54,690 nucleotides of DNA from an uncultured euryarchaeote (GTDB lineage Archaea > Thermoplasmatota > Poseidoniia > Poseidoniales > Poseidoniaceae): the NCBI GenBank assembly GCA_937911345.1, contig CALDPP010000186.1, positions 1 through 54,690 of the forward strand, read 5' to 3'. Below, one piece after another: positions 37,154 through 47,640 of this stretch. Below the pieces are notes generated by a model that did no database searches, was not told the DNA's origin, and saw only the letters and a list, made by a program, of their open reading frames with translations. The translations under genes were made by a program, and so were the position numbers. The stretch's first letter is position 1. Each line of letters starts with the position of its first letter.

Positions 37154-39976
37154 TTATGCAAAAATTATACTTGGGCTTAGTGGTATCGCAGCGTTTTCTC
37201 TACCATCCGTTCCTTGGTAATTTTCTGCGTTGACAATCTCAACATCACTCAATCCAAGTTCTTCAGCAATGAATGATGCTCTGTCTGATAGAATCTTTGC
37301 TTCATCAATATTGTCAAGGATTAATCCTTTTGCCTTATCATCCCACTTGAATACCTGAGAGAGCATTTTCTTATTCCAGTAAGACAATATTTCGCCCATA
37401 TTTCCCTCATTAACAAAATCCATTTGCTTCAATTCTTGAATAAATTGCTTAACATTTCCACCGTTCTGTAAGTATGAAATCGCTTCTCTAGACAGAGTAT
37501 TCTTCCATTCCGGCGAAACAATCAGTGTTAATTTGTCTGCTTCGCCCTGCAAATGCTTTTCAGCAATGGTCTTTACCTTGCGAGAACTTTCTAAAACCCC
37601 ACGCATAATGAACTCGTAATCCAAGATACTTGCTTCCGTGGTTGAAACCGAGCCGATGTCTTTCATCTGTGATGCTGAGACCAAATTTTCCAATGATATG
37701 CATCTGCCCCATTCCTCTGCTAAGTGAGGAGTTGAGACGGAGATTAAATAGGTCCATGATTCAAGCACTGTGCGGCCTACTTTAGCGTTATTTCCACCCC
37801 TTCTAGTGTACCAATTGATATCTTTTATTAGTTCATAATGAGAAATTTCGACTGCTCTGCGCAAGTCATAGTTGGTCATTGCTTCATTGAATTCTGCAAC
37901 CCTTTGCTTGAGTCTAGCGATTAACCAATCATCAATGGCATTTGGTTTGTTATCCCAATTAAGTATAGTTTCAGGCATTGTTCGGAGTTGCAACATGACT
38001 CGATAATTAGCTTCTAATGCAGTATCTGACCAATCCATGCCTGCCGTCGGATTGGCTGCAAATAGGATGAAAAGACGTACTGTATCAGCACCATATTTCT
38101 CAATCATTTCTTCTGGTGATACGGTATTGCCAAGCGACTTACTCATCTTTGCCGAACGCATCGATAGGGCATCGCCGCACTGTGGGCAGGGCATCCCCAT
38201 ATGGTCGACATTAAGTGTAATTGAACATGATTCACAATACGGCGCTGCTTTATTCACCATGCCTTGACACAATAACTCATTGAACGGCTCGTCAATCGAG
38301 TGAAGGCCTAGATCTCTGAGGGCCTTGGTCCAAAATCTAGCGTAGATAAGGTGCATTTGAGCATGTTCAATACCTCCACAATAAAAGTCAACATTCATCC
38401 AATGATTTGCTGAATCTCTAGAGAAACATTGTTCGTTATTCGTAGCATCGGTGAATCTCAAGAAATACCACGAGGAGTCCACAAAGGTGTCCATAGTATC
38501 AGTTTCTCTGCGCGCATCTTTACCACAGGTTGGGCACTTTACCTGCATAAATTCTGATGAGGTTTCGAGCGGATTACCTTTGCCAAACACAATATCTCTA
38601 GGTAGTTCAACAGGCAAATCCTTTTCTGGAACGGGGACTGTACCACATTCATCACAATGGATAATTGGAATTGGCGTCCCCCAATATCTCTGCCTTGAGA
38701 TTAACCAAGGCCTGATTTTCCAATTTAGCTTTCTCTTACCTCTGTTAATTCTAATTAATTCATCAATCACTGCTGTAATTGCTTCATTTCCATAAAGGCC
38801 GTCAAAATCATCCCTTCCAGTATTCACCATCCAGCCATATTCTGTTTCAGCCTTGGATAGTTCTTGAGATGCATCACCGTTTTCAGACATCACTAGAGCT
38901 CGTCTGATTGGAATAGAGAATTTCTTGGCAAAATCAAAATCTCGCTCATCGTGTGCTGGAACCGCCATTACTGCACCGGTTCCGTAAGAGGCGATAACAA
39001 AATTACCACTCCAAATAGGGATTTTTTCTCCAGTTAAGGGATGTATGGCATTTTTCCCCAGTGGAACGCCCTTTTTCTTGTTCATATTTTTGATTCTATC
39101 AAATTCTGCCATTACAGAGACTTCGTCATGTAACGCCTGCCAATCAGCCTCATATTCTGTTCCAGAAACTAATTTCTTTGCCAACTCGTGTTCAGGGGCA
39201 AGGGTGACAAACGTTACTCCAAATAGAGTGTCTGGCCTTGTAGTAAATACGGTAATAGTGTCATTAGAGTCTTCGATTTCAAAGGTAATCTCAGCCCCTT
39301 CAGAACGTCCAAGCCAATCTCTTTGCATTGCTGCAACATTTTCCGGGAACTGAATCTGTTCTAATCCATCTACAAGTTCTTGGGCATATTTTGGAATATC
39401 CAAGAACCATTGACTCATTTCTTTCTGAATAACAGGGCCATTACATCTCCAGCATCTACCCGCCTTCACCTGTTCGTTAGCGAGTACAGTATTACATGGA
39501 TTGCACCAGTTTACCGGAGCAAATTCTTGAAACGCAAGCCCATTTTCATAGAATTTTGTGAAGAACCACTGATTCCATTTGTAATAATTTGGATCGTGGC
39601 TTTTTACCATACGGTTCCAGTCATACGAAAACCCCATTCGCTTGATTTGTTTGGTGATAGAGGCCATGTTTTTTTCAGTAATATCATGAGGGTGACCACC
39701 TTCTTTTATCGCAGCATTTTCTGCCGGCATACCAAACGAATCAAATCCCATTGGGTACAAAACTTCGAATCCCATCATTCTCTTGTAGCGCGCAACAGCA
39801 TCACCGATAGAATAGTTCCTTACGTGGCCCATATGCATTTTCCCAGACGGATAAGGATACATCTCAAGGCAGTAAAACGGCGGCTTGTTCTCATTTACAC
39901 TAGCAACGAATACTTTCTCATCATCCCATCTCTTTTGCCAATAATTTTCATCAACACTTTCGATGCTGTAACTCAA
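37154..39976 (-). CDS. leuS: Leucine--tRNA ligase
   Basis: PYPSGKMHMGH, TTRPDT and GTGAVMAVPAHDERD editing motifs, SRQRYWG, KMSKS; TTG start with GGAGGTGA SD. Confidence 0.97.
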   Translation of the reverse strand: MSYSIESVDENYWQKRWDDEKVFVASVNENKPPFYCLEMYPYPSGKMHMGHVRNYSIGDAVARYKRMMGFEVLYPMGFDSFGMPAENAAIKEGGHPHDITEKNMASITKQIKRMGFSYDWNRMVKSHDPNYYKWNQWFFTKFYENGLAFQEFAPVNWCNPCNTVLANEQVKAGRCWRCNGPVIQKEMSQWFLDIPKYAQELVDGLEQIQFPENVAAMQRDWLGRSEGAEITFEIEDSNDTITVFTTRPDTLFGVTFVTLAPEHELAKKLVSGTEYEADWQALHDEVSVMAEFDRIKNMNKKKGVPLGKNAIHPLTGEKIPIWSGNFVIASYGTGAVMAVPAHDERDFDFAKKFSIPIRRALVMSENGDASQELSKAETEYGWMVNTGRDDFDGLYGNEAITAVIDELIRINRGKRKLNWKIRPWLISRQRYWGTPIPIIHCDECGTVPVPEKDLPVELPRDIVFGKGNPLETSSEFMQVKCPTCGKDARRETDTMDTFVDSSWYFLRFTDATNNEQCFSRDSANHWMNVDFYCGGIEHAQMHLIYARFWTKALRDLGLHSIDEPFNELLCQGMVNKAAPYCESCSITLNVDHMGMPCPQCGDALSMRSAKMSKSLGNTVSPEEMIEKYGADTVRLFILFAANPTAGMDWSDTALEANYRVMLQLRTMPETILNWDNKPNAIDDWLIARLKQRVAEFNEAMTNYDLRRAVEISHYELIKDINWYTRRGGNNAKVGRTVLESWTYLISVSTPHLAEEWGRCISLENLVSASQMKDIGSVSTTEASILDYEFIMRGVLESSRKVKTIAEKHLQGEADKLTLIVSPEWKNTLSREAISYLQNGGNVKQFIQELKQMDFVNEGNMGEILSYWNKKMLSQVFKWDDKAKGLILDNIDEAKILSDRASFIAEELGLSDVEIVNAENYQGTDGRENAAIPLSPSIIFA

Positions 39977-40064
39977 AACATCACCTCCTATCCGCTACAG
40001 GCTGTCCACATTAGGTTGCCATTTCAAACCCACTATTCAAGAACCCAATCTATGTAGGATTTCT

Positions 40065-40949
40065 ATGGCCCGAAGAATCGAGGTTCGAGCCCCATCTAGA
40101 ATTGATTTAGCAGGAGGTTGGACGGATGTCCCAATCTACTGTAGCAAAAAATCAGGCGAGGTGGTAAATATTGCCATCAACCAATATGTTAGGTCTGAAA
40201 TGGTAATAGATGACGATAGAAGATTATCTGTATCATATTCGACAGATATGCCTACAGGCTCTGGTTTAGGAACTAGTGGAGCGATGAATGTGGGATTTAT
40301 CACCACAATAATGAGTGCCGGACAAAATGCGATTTCAACTGCAGAACTTGCCTACCAATTCGAAGCCTTACTTGGTAACCAAGGGGGCCGTCAAGATCAA
40401 TGGGCAAGTGCGCTTGGCGGCATCAATCATCTCACTTTTGTCGACGAATCTGTAACTTGTGAAACGATTACTCCATCTAATGAGTTTTGCAGATGGCTTG
40501 AAAATAATCTAATGTTGTTTAACAGTCACATAACTCATGTTTCAGGTGATTTACACAAGAGTGTTTGGCAACGTTTTGAGGTTGGTGACGAGGAGATTAC
40601 CAAGGGTCTAGATATGATACGAGATGCTGGATTATTGATGGCTAGGGGTTTGAAAACAGAATCTAAGAGTGATGTCATTGATGCAATGAACCTAAATTCA
40701 GCCGGTGTAGATACTCTAGGTCGGGAATTACATCAACCATTTAGAGAAGAATTATCTAAACTTACTGAACAAAATAAGGTTAGTGCTTGGAAGGCTATGG
40801 GTGCTGGTGGTGGAGGAGTAGTCGGATTAATTATTTCATCAGAACATCTAAGGGATGAGATTATTGACCAATTTAATGTTAAAGGTTGGACCAATATTCC
40901 TTGGAAGATTGATATTGATGGTGTGACTAGACAAGAGTTCAATCTCTAA
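40065..40949 (+). CDS. GHMP sugar kinase (HddA/fucokinase-like)
   Basis: APSRIDLAGGWTD, PTGSGLGTSG, GGRQDQ, GAGGGG. Confidence 0.85.
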   Translation: MARRIEVRAPSRIDLAGGWTDVPIYCSKKSGEVVNIAINQYVRSEMVIDDDRRLSVSYSTDMPTGSGLGTSGAMNVGFITTIMSAGQNAISTAELAYQFEALLGNQGGRQDQWASALGGINHLTFVDESVTCETITPSNEFCRWLENNLMLFNSHITHVSGDLHKSVWQRFEVGDEEITKGLDMIRDAGLLMARGLKTESKSDVIDAMNLNSAGVDTLGRELHQPFREELSKLTEQNKVSAWKAMGAGGGGVVGLIISSEHLRDEIIDQFNVKGWTNIPWKIDIDGVTRQEFNL

Positions 40950-43425
40950 TCTTGTTATAATCTATATCTGTTTCAAGTAAAAACAACGCTTCTTTGGTTA
41001 ATTTGTACCTATTCTTGATGCCCATCTTTCGCTTCTCAACCAGGCCATACTTTTGCAAGGTTCTCAGGTGGTGGGAGATAAGTTGCTGACTCTTTTCCAG
41101 CTTTTTTGCAAGTTCAGACTGGGTAGGGAATTCGCCAATTTGGTGTTCATCATCTAGCAATGTCAGAATCTTGCCCTGCAGACTTTTTGGATCAGGAGAT
41201 AAAGGCGGCACAGGTAAGTCATCAGGGTTCATTCCAGGGTATAGAGAATTGTTCAATGGATAGTATCTAACGAATCTTCCATCATTAATTCGCCATATGA
41301 GTTCCTGATTTTCTAATAGCCTCAGGTGGTGGGTAATTTGTCCATTACTCATGTTTAGTGCGGCCATCAAGGCCCTAAAGTGACAACCGGGATTAGCGGT
41401 TAGGTAACCAATTAGGCGCCCTCTCTGGAATCTTCCGTCAGACGTTTCATGGGTTTTGCCTACCAGTGCTAACATCCATAGGCCGGCAGATGTCACTGGA
41501 ATTCTTATGCCCTCAGTGTTTGATATGAACACTAAAAGTCCAACAAGAATAGATGAGCTGGCAACTCCATAGACAGCAATTTCAGCAATTTCTATCGAGT
41601 CATCTTCAACATTTTCCGCTGCGTTTAATTCAAGGTTTGGTTTTACCGGGTTTTCTTCGGTGAAAATCTCATCGATGGTGATGACTGGAAGCCCGAATTG
41701 GGAGCAGAAACTTGAATCAAATGGGTGTTCTAATGCCGTATATTCGCCAAACCACCCTTCTTTTGGAATCCAATTACTCTGAATGGTATTTGGTTGTAAG
41801 ACATATGCTGAATTTGGTGCGCTTATCAGCCAACAGTGATTATTGTTATACTCAATTTTATCCCATGTGCCAGAAATAGAGTGGAATAGACTTGGATCTA
41901 TCGTTGTAGCTCCTGATTCAAGGTGTAGTTCATCAAATGCAGTAAAAGTGTGCTCAAAGTTTACTTTGTAATTGATTGAAACCTTATCAGCAGATTCTAG
42001 GTTTGGCAAAGTAATTTTTTGTTGTAATCGATACACATCATTTGTTGGTGTGATGAAGTTGCCGCTGTTGTATTCACAAAATTCTGAATTGTGGTTATAG
42101 TCTGTTGTCGAATGAACAATAACATCGATAACAAGCATACATTTTGCAATAATTCTTATGTGTTCTTCACTGGAAATATCTAACGTTGTGTAAAGCGAAG
42201 ATTCAGCAATTGTATTATCAAGAGCTAGTTCAATCTCATTTCCAACACACTTTGCCAAGTTATTTGGCACTTGTTGGAAAAAATCGAAACTTAGAAACCG
42301 GTTGTTTTCTTCGACAATGATGGTGTACTTTCCAGAATCAATCATACAACCCTCTTCATTGGTTAATTGCCAATCAAAGATGTCGAACATGTTACCATTG
42401 GTTGATGCTTGTTCTTCATTCTGAGCGCAACTATCTACATGATTATCAACCACCACCCGACCAAGGTCATTGACAATAAATAGGTCCAACTTACAGGAGT
42501 GTATGTCCTCTTTATGTGCCATTTTTCCTTGAATTAGTAACGAGGGGTTTTGTCTAGTTTCCATCATTTGGTAATCAAGATTAATCAAGGTTGGTGGCAA
42601 ATTTTGATCAAAAGATTCACTGGACTCTGCTTGTAATGTCGGCGAACTAATAACCAGTTTGTCATAGTCGCCAAGAATTTGCACCGATATGTCGTCACTC
42701 GATTCGAACCAAGAATCGTCTAATATGAGGTTTGCAGAGTATATGTTCTCACTCGGATGTAGAATAGTTGTTCCCTTGAAGCAATCATCATAAACTGCTC
42801 TTTTCACATTATTTTGGACCAAAAGAGTACATTCAGTATCGCTTACCTGTAGGTTAACTGAACTGGGATTGTAAAGGAATAATTGCAACAAGTGGGCGTT
42901 GCTTGATTCGCTTAGCAAATCAATCATGTTATAATTTAGTTCTATTTCTTGGGGAAGAGTACTGTTGCCGTAAAATTTCACAACACTACTGTCAGCGATT
43001 TCCAGGACACTGTGCGTGACAATGATGCGGTATGCCCCGGTAGGAATGTCATATCCTTCATTGTCTTTAAAATTCCACTCATGGCTCATCAATGCTATAG
43101 TTTCACCATTTTCAATTTGCAACGACTGGATTTGATTTCTGCATCTATTTTCAGAGGAGAAAATCATTGCGTTACTTTCGTCATAGACATTGAATAAAAA
43201 ATCACAAGACGGGTTATTTTGAATCTCAGTAGTCGAGGATGGATTGAACAAATTTGCGGAAATAGTGATATAATCTCCGGTGATGTAGTATTCATTAAAT
43301 TCGATGTCATTTATCTCTATGGCAATGGATGAGACATCCTCTGTATCGGCGCTAGAGTGCGGGATTAGTGAAAAAATCATCAGTCCCGCGACCAAGGCAA
43401 TTGCAAACCTCTGCGCCTCGGCCAT
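40939..43425 (-). CDS. Membrane-anchored regulator: large extracellular region, TM, two cytoplasmic winged HTH domains
   Basis: Signal peptide; TM IAVYGVASSSILVGLLVFI; NPGCHFRAL...NGQITHHLRLLE and TQSELAKKL...QQLISHHLRTL. Confidence 0.85.
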   Translation of the reverse strand: MAEAQRFAIALVAGLMIFSLIPHSSADTEDVSSIAIEINDIEFNEYYITGDYITISANLFNPSSTTEIQNNPSCDFLFNVYDESNAMIFSSENRCRNQIQSLQIENGETIALMSHEWNFKDNEGYDIPTGAYRIIVTHSVLEIADSSVVKFYGNSTLPQEIELNYNMIDLLSESSNAHLLQLFLYNPSSVNLQVSDTECTLLVQNNVKRAVYDDCFKGTTILHPSENIYSANLILDDSWFESSDDISVQILGDYDKLVISSPTLQAESSESFDQNLPPTLINLDYQMMETRQNPSLLIQGKMAHKEDIHSCKLDLFIVNDLGRVVVDNHVDSCAQNEEQASTNGNMFDIFDWQLTNEEGCMIDSGKYTIIVEENNRFLSFDFFQQVPNNLAKCVGNEIELALDNTIAESSLYTTLDISSEEHIRIIAKCMLVIDVIVHSTTDYNHNSEFCEYNSGNFITPTNDVYRLQQKITLPNLESADKVSINYKVNFEHTFTAFDELHLESGATTIDPSLFHSISGTWDKIEYNNNHCWLISAPNSAYVLQPNTIQSNWIPKEGWFGEYTALEHPFDSSFCSQFGLPVITIDEIFTEENPVKPNLELNAAENVEDDSIEIAEIAVYGVASSSILVGLLVFISNTEGIRIPVTSAGLWMLALVGKTHETSDGRFQRGRLIGYLTANPGCHFRALMAALNMSNGQITHHLRLLENQELIWRINDGRFVRYYPLNNSLYPGMNPDDLPVPPLSPDPKSLQGKILTLLDDEHQIGEFPTQSELAKKLEKSQQLISHHLRTLQKYGLVEKRKMGIKNRYKLTKEALFLLETDIDYNKIRD

Positions 43426-43488
43426 GGTACACAGTATGACTCATCATTTGAAAGGGCAGCGGTCGTCGGCGGGTTTGGGGCTACAAAT

Positions 43489-44247
43489 ATGGCTAGACCA
43501 ATACTAGTTTTTGAAACGGATAAGTTATCTGTATATCAACAACAACTGGGTGAATGGGATAACCTAAACCACTTATTAGTCTGTAAGATAAGTAACAATG
43601 CCTGTATTGTTGACCCATTCGATGGCCATTATTGGTATGAATTTTGCCAAACTGAAAATTATAATTTAACTGAGATATGGCTCACTCATAGCCATTGGGA
43701 TCACACCAAAGGAGTAGAAGAGTTGATACAACTTTCATCAAATCATGTGGCGGTTAGATGTCATAATTTAGAACAAGAACGAGGTTATCAACTTGATGGA
43801 ATTTTATGGTGGCAACATGAAGAATTCACTTCAATAAATCAACAATTAGGTTCACTTTCTTTCTCAATTCACTGCACTCCAGGCCATACGCCCGGCCACG
43901 TAACTATTGTTGGAAATGGAGTGGTTGTTACCGGCGATTGTCTATTTTTAGGCCGCTGTGGCAGAACAGATTTATTCGGTGGCGATCAAAATAAACAGCG
44001 TAAATCACTGTTATACTTGCGAGAGTTTCTTTTGGAACTCGATGCCAATTATGTTGTTTTACCTGGACATCAGTATGAGTTGTCTGACGGTAGTAATCCC
44101 ACAGTCCTACATCTAGTTGATTTCATGGCCAACAATGAAGCATTAAATTCGATAGATAATGAGGATGATTGGAATAATTTACCATTTCTATCATTTGATG
44201 ACAGCCTTGCAGAAAAAGCTAGACGTCAAAGAGCTCGTAATTCATAG
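43489..44247 (+). CDS. Metallo-beta-lactamase fold hydrolase (glyoxalase II-like)
   Basis: THSHWDH, TPGHTPGH, TGDCLF, GRTD, PGH. Confidence 0.92.
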   Translation: MARPILVFETDKLSVYQQQLGEWDNLNHLLVCKISNNACIVDPFDGHYWYEFCQTENYNLTEIWLTHSHWDHTKGVEELIQLSSNHVAVRCHNLEQERGYQLDGILWWQHEEFTSINQQLGSLSFSIHCTPGHTPGHVTIVGNGVVVTGDCLFLGRCGRTDLFGGDQNKQRKSLLYLREFLLELDANYVVLPGHQYELSDGSNPTVLHLVDFMANNEALNSIDNEDDWNNLPFLSFDDSLAEKARRQRARNS

Positions 44248-47200
44248 AATATCATCAAGATTGACCATATTGGGAATGGCTTCATCTTGAGCTTGTTGCT
44301 GTTGAATCTCAAATTGCTTCCATTGCGGCATTTCAGTAGGTTCTTCTCCAACCCAACCTAATGCCCTAGCCTCGTCTAATTGACCATTTGCTACGTAGTA
44401 ATCAATCCAAGCAGTTCGTCTTTCATCCTCTTCAGAAAATGCTGAGTTAACCATTGCTTCATCGATTCTTTCCTTGCGAGATTTATTCTTAGCCAAGGTT
44501 TTGGAAAACTGAGCAACAATAATCACGGAAAGTAGAATCATTATTGCTATCCCCATGAAAACAAGCGTAGGTTCTGTACTGCTGCTAGCCGATTCGGAAT
44601 CTGATTCTCCACCTTGTTGCGGTTCGGTTATTTTGCAAACAACAGATCCAATCCTTCCTTCAAAGATGTCAGGGTCATATGGGCAAGGGTCGGATGTATC
44701 GCTTGTTCCGTCACTGTCTGAATCAATGCAGCCAAACACATCGCGGTATGAGGTACCAGGGTCTTCAATACAATCGTCAGGTTGATATGCGCCACTAGTG
44801 AAATTATCCCCATAACCATCACCATCAAAATCACTCCATTGTGTGGCCTCTAGAGGGAAATCATCACTGATATTATCGCCGTAACCATCACCGTCTTGAT
44901 CACTCCATTCATCCGGTACTGTTGGGAATGCATCGCCTCTTTGGTCGCGCAACTCGATGATTTTTTGCTCATCATCTTCATCTTGGACGTAGGTTACTGT
45001 CCATAGGTAATTGTCTCCATAGCCATCACCATCAGTATCTTTCCATTGCTCGCCATCCTCCGGGAATTCGTCATCAACGTCAGCCCACCCATCATTATCA
45101 GTATCGACGCATCCGTAGCGATTATTTTCGCTTGATGTACCAAACGTATCAGGGCAATCATCCCCTCCTGGCTTGTTTATTTCATCGCCATATCCATCAC
45201 CATCTCGGTCAGACCATTGCAGTGGGTTTTGCGGAAAGGCATCTTCGGGGTCAACAAAACCGTCACCATCACTATCAGGACAGCCCCTAGAGATTGGATT
45301 CGCCGAGTTACCTGCTTGAGTTGGGCAAATGTCGCCGTTTATCGAGCCAGTTCCGTTGTTGTCTCCAAAACCATCCCCATCAAAGTCCGACCATTGTGTT
45401 GGGTCAAATTTGAACGCATCGCCGTTGTTTCCTGCTGCATTATCACCATACCCATCTCCGTCAGTATCTTTGCACTGAGTGGGATCATCTGGGAAGATGT
45501 CAGGATTGTTACCGGATTGGTTATCTCCGCCACAATCTAGAGAGTCTCCGTCTCGATTTGACCACTGAGTGTCATCATTTGGAAACGGGTCTCCCTGGTC
45601 GGAATATCCGTCACCATCACTATCAAGACAGCCAATTCTGTCTATTGTCGATGAACCAGATTCGTCTGGACATTCGTCTGGACTATTACCGTCTTGATTG
45701 TCACCATAGCCATCACCATCTCTGTCACACCACTGAGTAGGGTCAAGCGGCACTCCGTCTGCTTGACAGTATCCAGTTGACGAGACCGGACCCCAGTTAG
45801 CAGTTGGATCAGAGTACGAATCACCATCGGTATCTATGCATCCATATCTATCGGCAGTTGAGTTGCCATAAACGGTAGGACATGCATCAGCATCATCGCC
45901 AACTTGGTTATCGCCCCACCAATCACCGTCAGTATCAACCCATTGGTAGTGGTTTAGAGGGAATTGGTCAACTTCTGTAGCACCAGTGACAATTTCTCCT
46001 GGCCAGGCCGATTCCCTAAATTCATCCCATGATTGGTCGACGTAATTATCACCCCATCCATCGCTGTCCGTATCATTCCATTGGGTCGGGTTGTTTGGGA
46101 ATGCATCGCCTCGTTGGTTGATGTGGAAGAAGGTGTTAACGACCTCGAAGTAGTACTCATCGCCGTAGCCGTCGCCATCAGTGTCTTTCCATTGCTCAGC
46201 ATCATTTGGCGCCCAATCCCCATCGTCTGACCATCCATCACCATCACTATCTGGGCATCCGAATCGATCTTGTGTCGATGTCCCAAATTGGTTAATGCAA
46301 GCGTCGGGTGTAGTCGCAGGGTCAGGATTGTCTCCATATCCATCGCTATCAGTGTCATTCCATTGCGTTCCATCATAGGGAAATGCATCAACAACGCCAT
46401 CTCCTTGGTCAGAGGAATTGTAGCCGTCATTATCTTCGTCAAGGTCAGCAATCCAATAGTGGATACCCTCGTCATCTCTTCCGTAAGTCGTGACAATCTT
46501 GGTCCCATCGGATGACCAAGTTAGACCATTTACTTGTCCGCAGTTGTTTCCTCCACAGCCGTTTGGTGCAGGAGCTCCGAAAAAGTCGACAAGTTGGCCT
46601 GAATCTGTGGTGTGAATCTTTACTGAACCACCATCGCCTTGGTAGTATGAATGTCCATTGGCGATTTGCTTTGAATCACTTGAAAAATCGGCAGATAAAC
46701 AGGACGAAGTCGTGGGATTTTCCCAAATTCTAGTCCATGCAGAGTTGACATATTTGTACATGTCAAAACTGGCTCCAGCGCCTTCCCAAGCACCGCACAT
46801 TGAGATGTAGTTGCCATCGGGCGACCAATCAATGTCGTTTATACCGGACGGCGGGCTACTTATCGAGTAATCCGTTGCCCTTGTCGCTAAGTCTACAATG
46901 TAGAAATCACCATTCGCAGCAACAGCAATCTTTGTCCCATCAGGGGAGAAAGCTGATGCGTAAAATCTGTCCTCTCCGTTAGGGTTGATTCCGTTGCCAA
47001 GTTGTTGTCCATTACTTGTTTGAATAATGATTACCTGGCCATTGGTTCCACCGCTACCAGACCTACCTATCGAAACAGCGACTAGGGAACTATCAGGTGA
47101 AAACTCAACATCATATACGTAATCACCACCTCCAACATCGACACTAATTTTCCCGTGAATTGAAGTCATGCTAGATGGATAATATAATTCGATTGTATCA

Positions 47201-47640
47201 TCGTCTAGGCCAGCAGCAATCATTGTATTATCTGGTGAATAAGCTACAGAGGTAACCTCGCCGTTTATCGCTTGCGCAGAACGAACGTTGACATGAGTAC
47301 TGGAGTTCCAAACTCTTACCCATCCGTCCTCATCACCAGTTACCACAAATTCGTCGTCGCTAGAGAAATCAACATCGTTGTAATTTTGACTTGATGATAT
47401 GGTAAACTCATTTTGGAAGTTCGGGTTATTTGCTACCCATCCGTCATTGTAATCGGAGATACCGTCTCCGTCTCGGTCAGGACAACCAATTCTGTCTACC
47501 GAAGAAGTGCCAGATGCCCATATGCAATCATCGGTAGAATCGCTTACTCCGTCGCCATCTGAATCTGCTGAAGCAGTCATTGGGAGTGTTGCGATAAGGA
47601 ATAAGAGAAGGGTTGCAAAAACCTTACCCTTGGTTTCCAT
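44242..47640 (-). CDS. Cell-surface protein: WD40-like propeller plus thrombospondin type-3-like Ca-binding repeats, C-terminal TM
   Basis: Signal peptide; seven FSSD/YSPD/FSPD/WSPD/WSSD blades; many DxDGDGxGD repeats; TM LVFMGIAIMILLSVIIVA. Confidence 0.9.
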   Translation of the reverse strand: METKGKVFATLLLFLIATLPMTASADSDGDGVSDSTDDCIWASGTSSVDRIGCPDRDGDGISDYNDGWVANNPNFQNEFTISSSQNYNDVDFSSDDEFVVTGDEDGWVRVWNSSTHVNVRSAQAINGEVTSVAYSPDNTMIAAGLDDDTIELYYPSSMTSIHGKISVDVGGGDYVYDVEFSPDSSLVAVSIGRSGSGGTNGQVIIIQTSNGQQLGNGINPNGEDRFYASAFSPDGTKIAVAANGDFYIVDLATRATDYSISSPPSGINDIDWSPDGNYISMCGAWEGAGASFDMYKYVNSAWTRIWENPTTSSCLSADFSSDSKQIANGHSYYQGDGGSVKIHTTDSGQLVDFFGAPAPNGCGGNNCGQVNGLTWSSDGTKIVTTYGRDDEGIHYWIADLDEDNDGYNSSDQGDGVVDAFPYDGTQWNDTDSDGYGDNPDPATTPDACINQFGTSTQDRFGCPDSDGDGWSDDGDWAPNDAEQWKDTDGDGYGDEYYFEVVNTFFHINQRGDAFPNNPTQWNDTDSDGWGDNYVDQSWDEFRESAWPGEIVTGATEVDQFPLNHYQWVDTDGDWWGDNQVGDDADACPTVYGNSTADRYGCIDTDGDSYSDPTANWGPVSSTGYCQADGVPLDPTQWCDRDGDGYGDNQDGNSPDECPDESGSSTIDRIGCLDSDGDGYSDQGDPFPNDDTQWSNRDGDSLDCGGDNQSGNNPDIFPDDPTQCKDTDGDGYGDNAAGNNGDAFKFDPTQWSDFDGDGFGDNNGTGSINGDICPTQAGNSANPISRGCPDSDGDGFVDPEDAFPQNPLQWSDRDGDGYGDEINKPGGDDCPDTFGTSSENNRYGCVDTDNDGWADVDDEFPEDGEQWKDTDGDGYGDNYLWTVTYVQDEDDEQKIIELRDQRGDAFPTVPDEWSDQDGDGYGDNISDDFPLEATQWSDFDGDGYGDNFTSGAYQPDDCIEDPGTSYRDVFGCIDSDSDGTSDTSDPCPYDPDIFEGRIGSVVCKITEPQQGGESDSESASSSTEPTLVFMGIAIMILLSVIIVAQFSKTLAKNKSRKERIDEAMVNSAFSEEDERRTAWIDYYVANGQLDEARALGWVGEEPTEMPQWKQFEIQQQQAQDEAIPNMVNLDDIL

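Noticed and set aside
39380..40057. 225-aa plus-strand ORF
   Set aside because: Antisense shadow of leuS with no recognisable motifs
44600..46450. Repetitive DNA (ccatcaccatc-like) as CRISPR or tandem repeat
   Set aside because: Degenerate codon-level repeats of DxDGDG in the surface protein; no identical repeats with unique spacers; alternate-frame ORFs here are by-products
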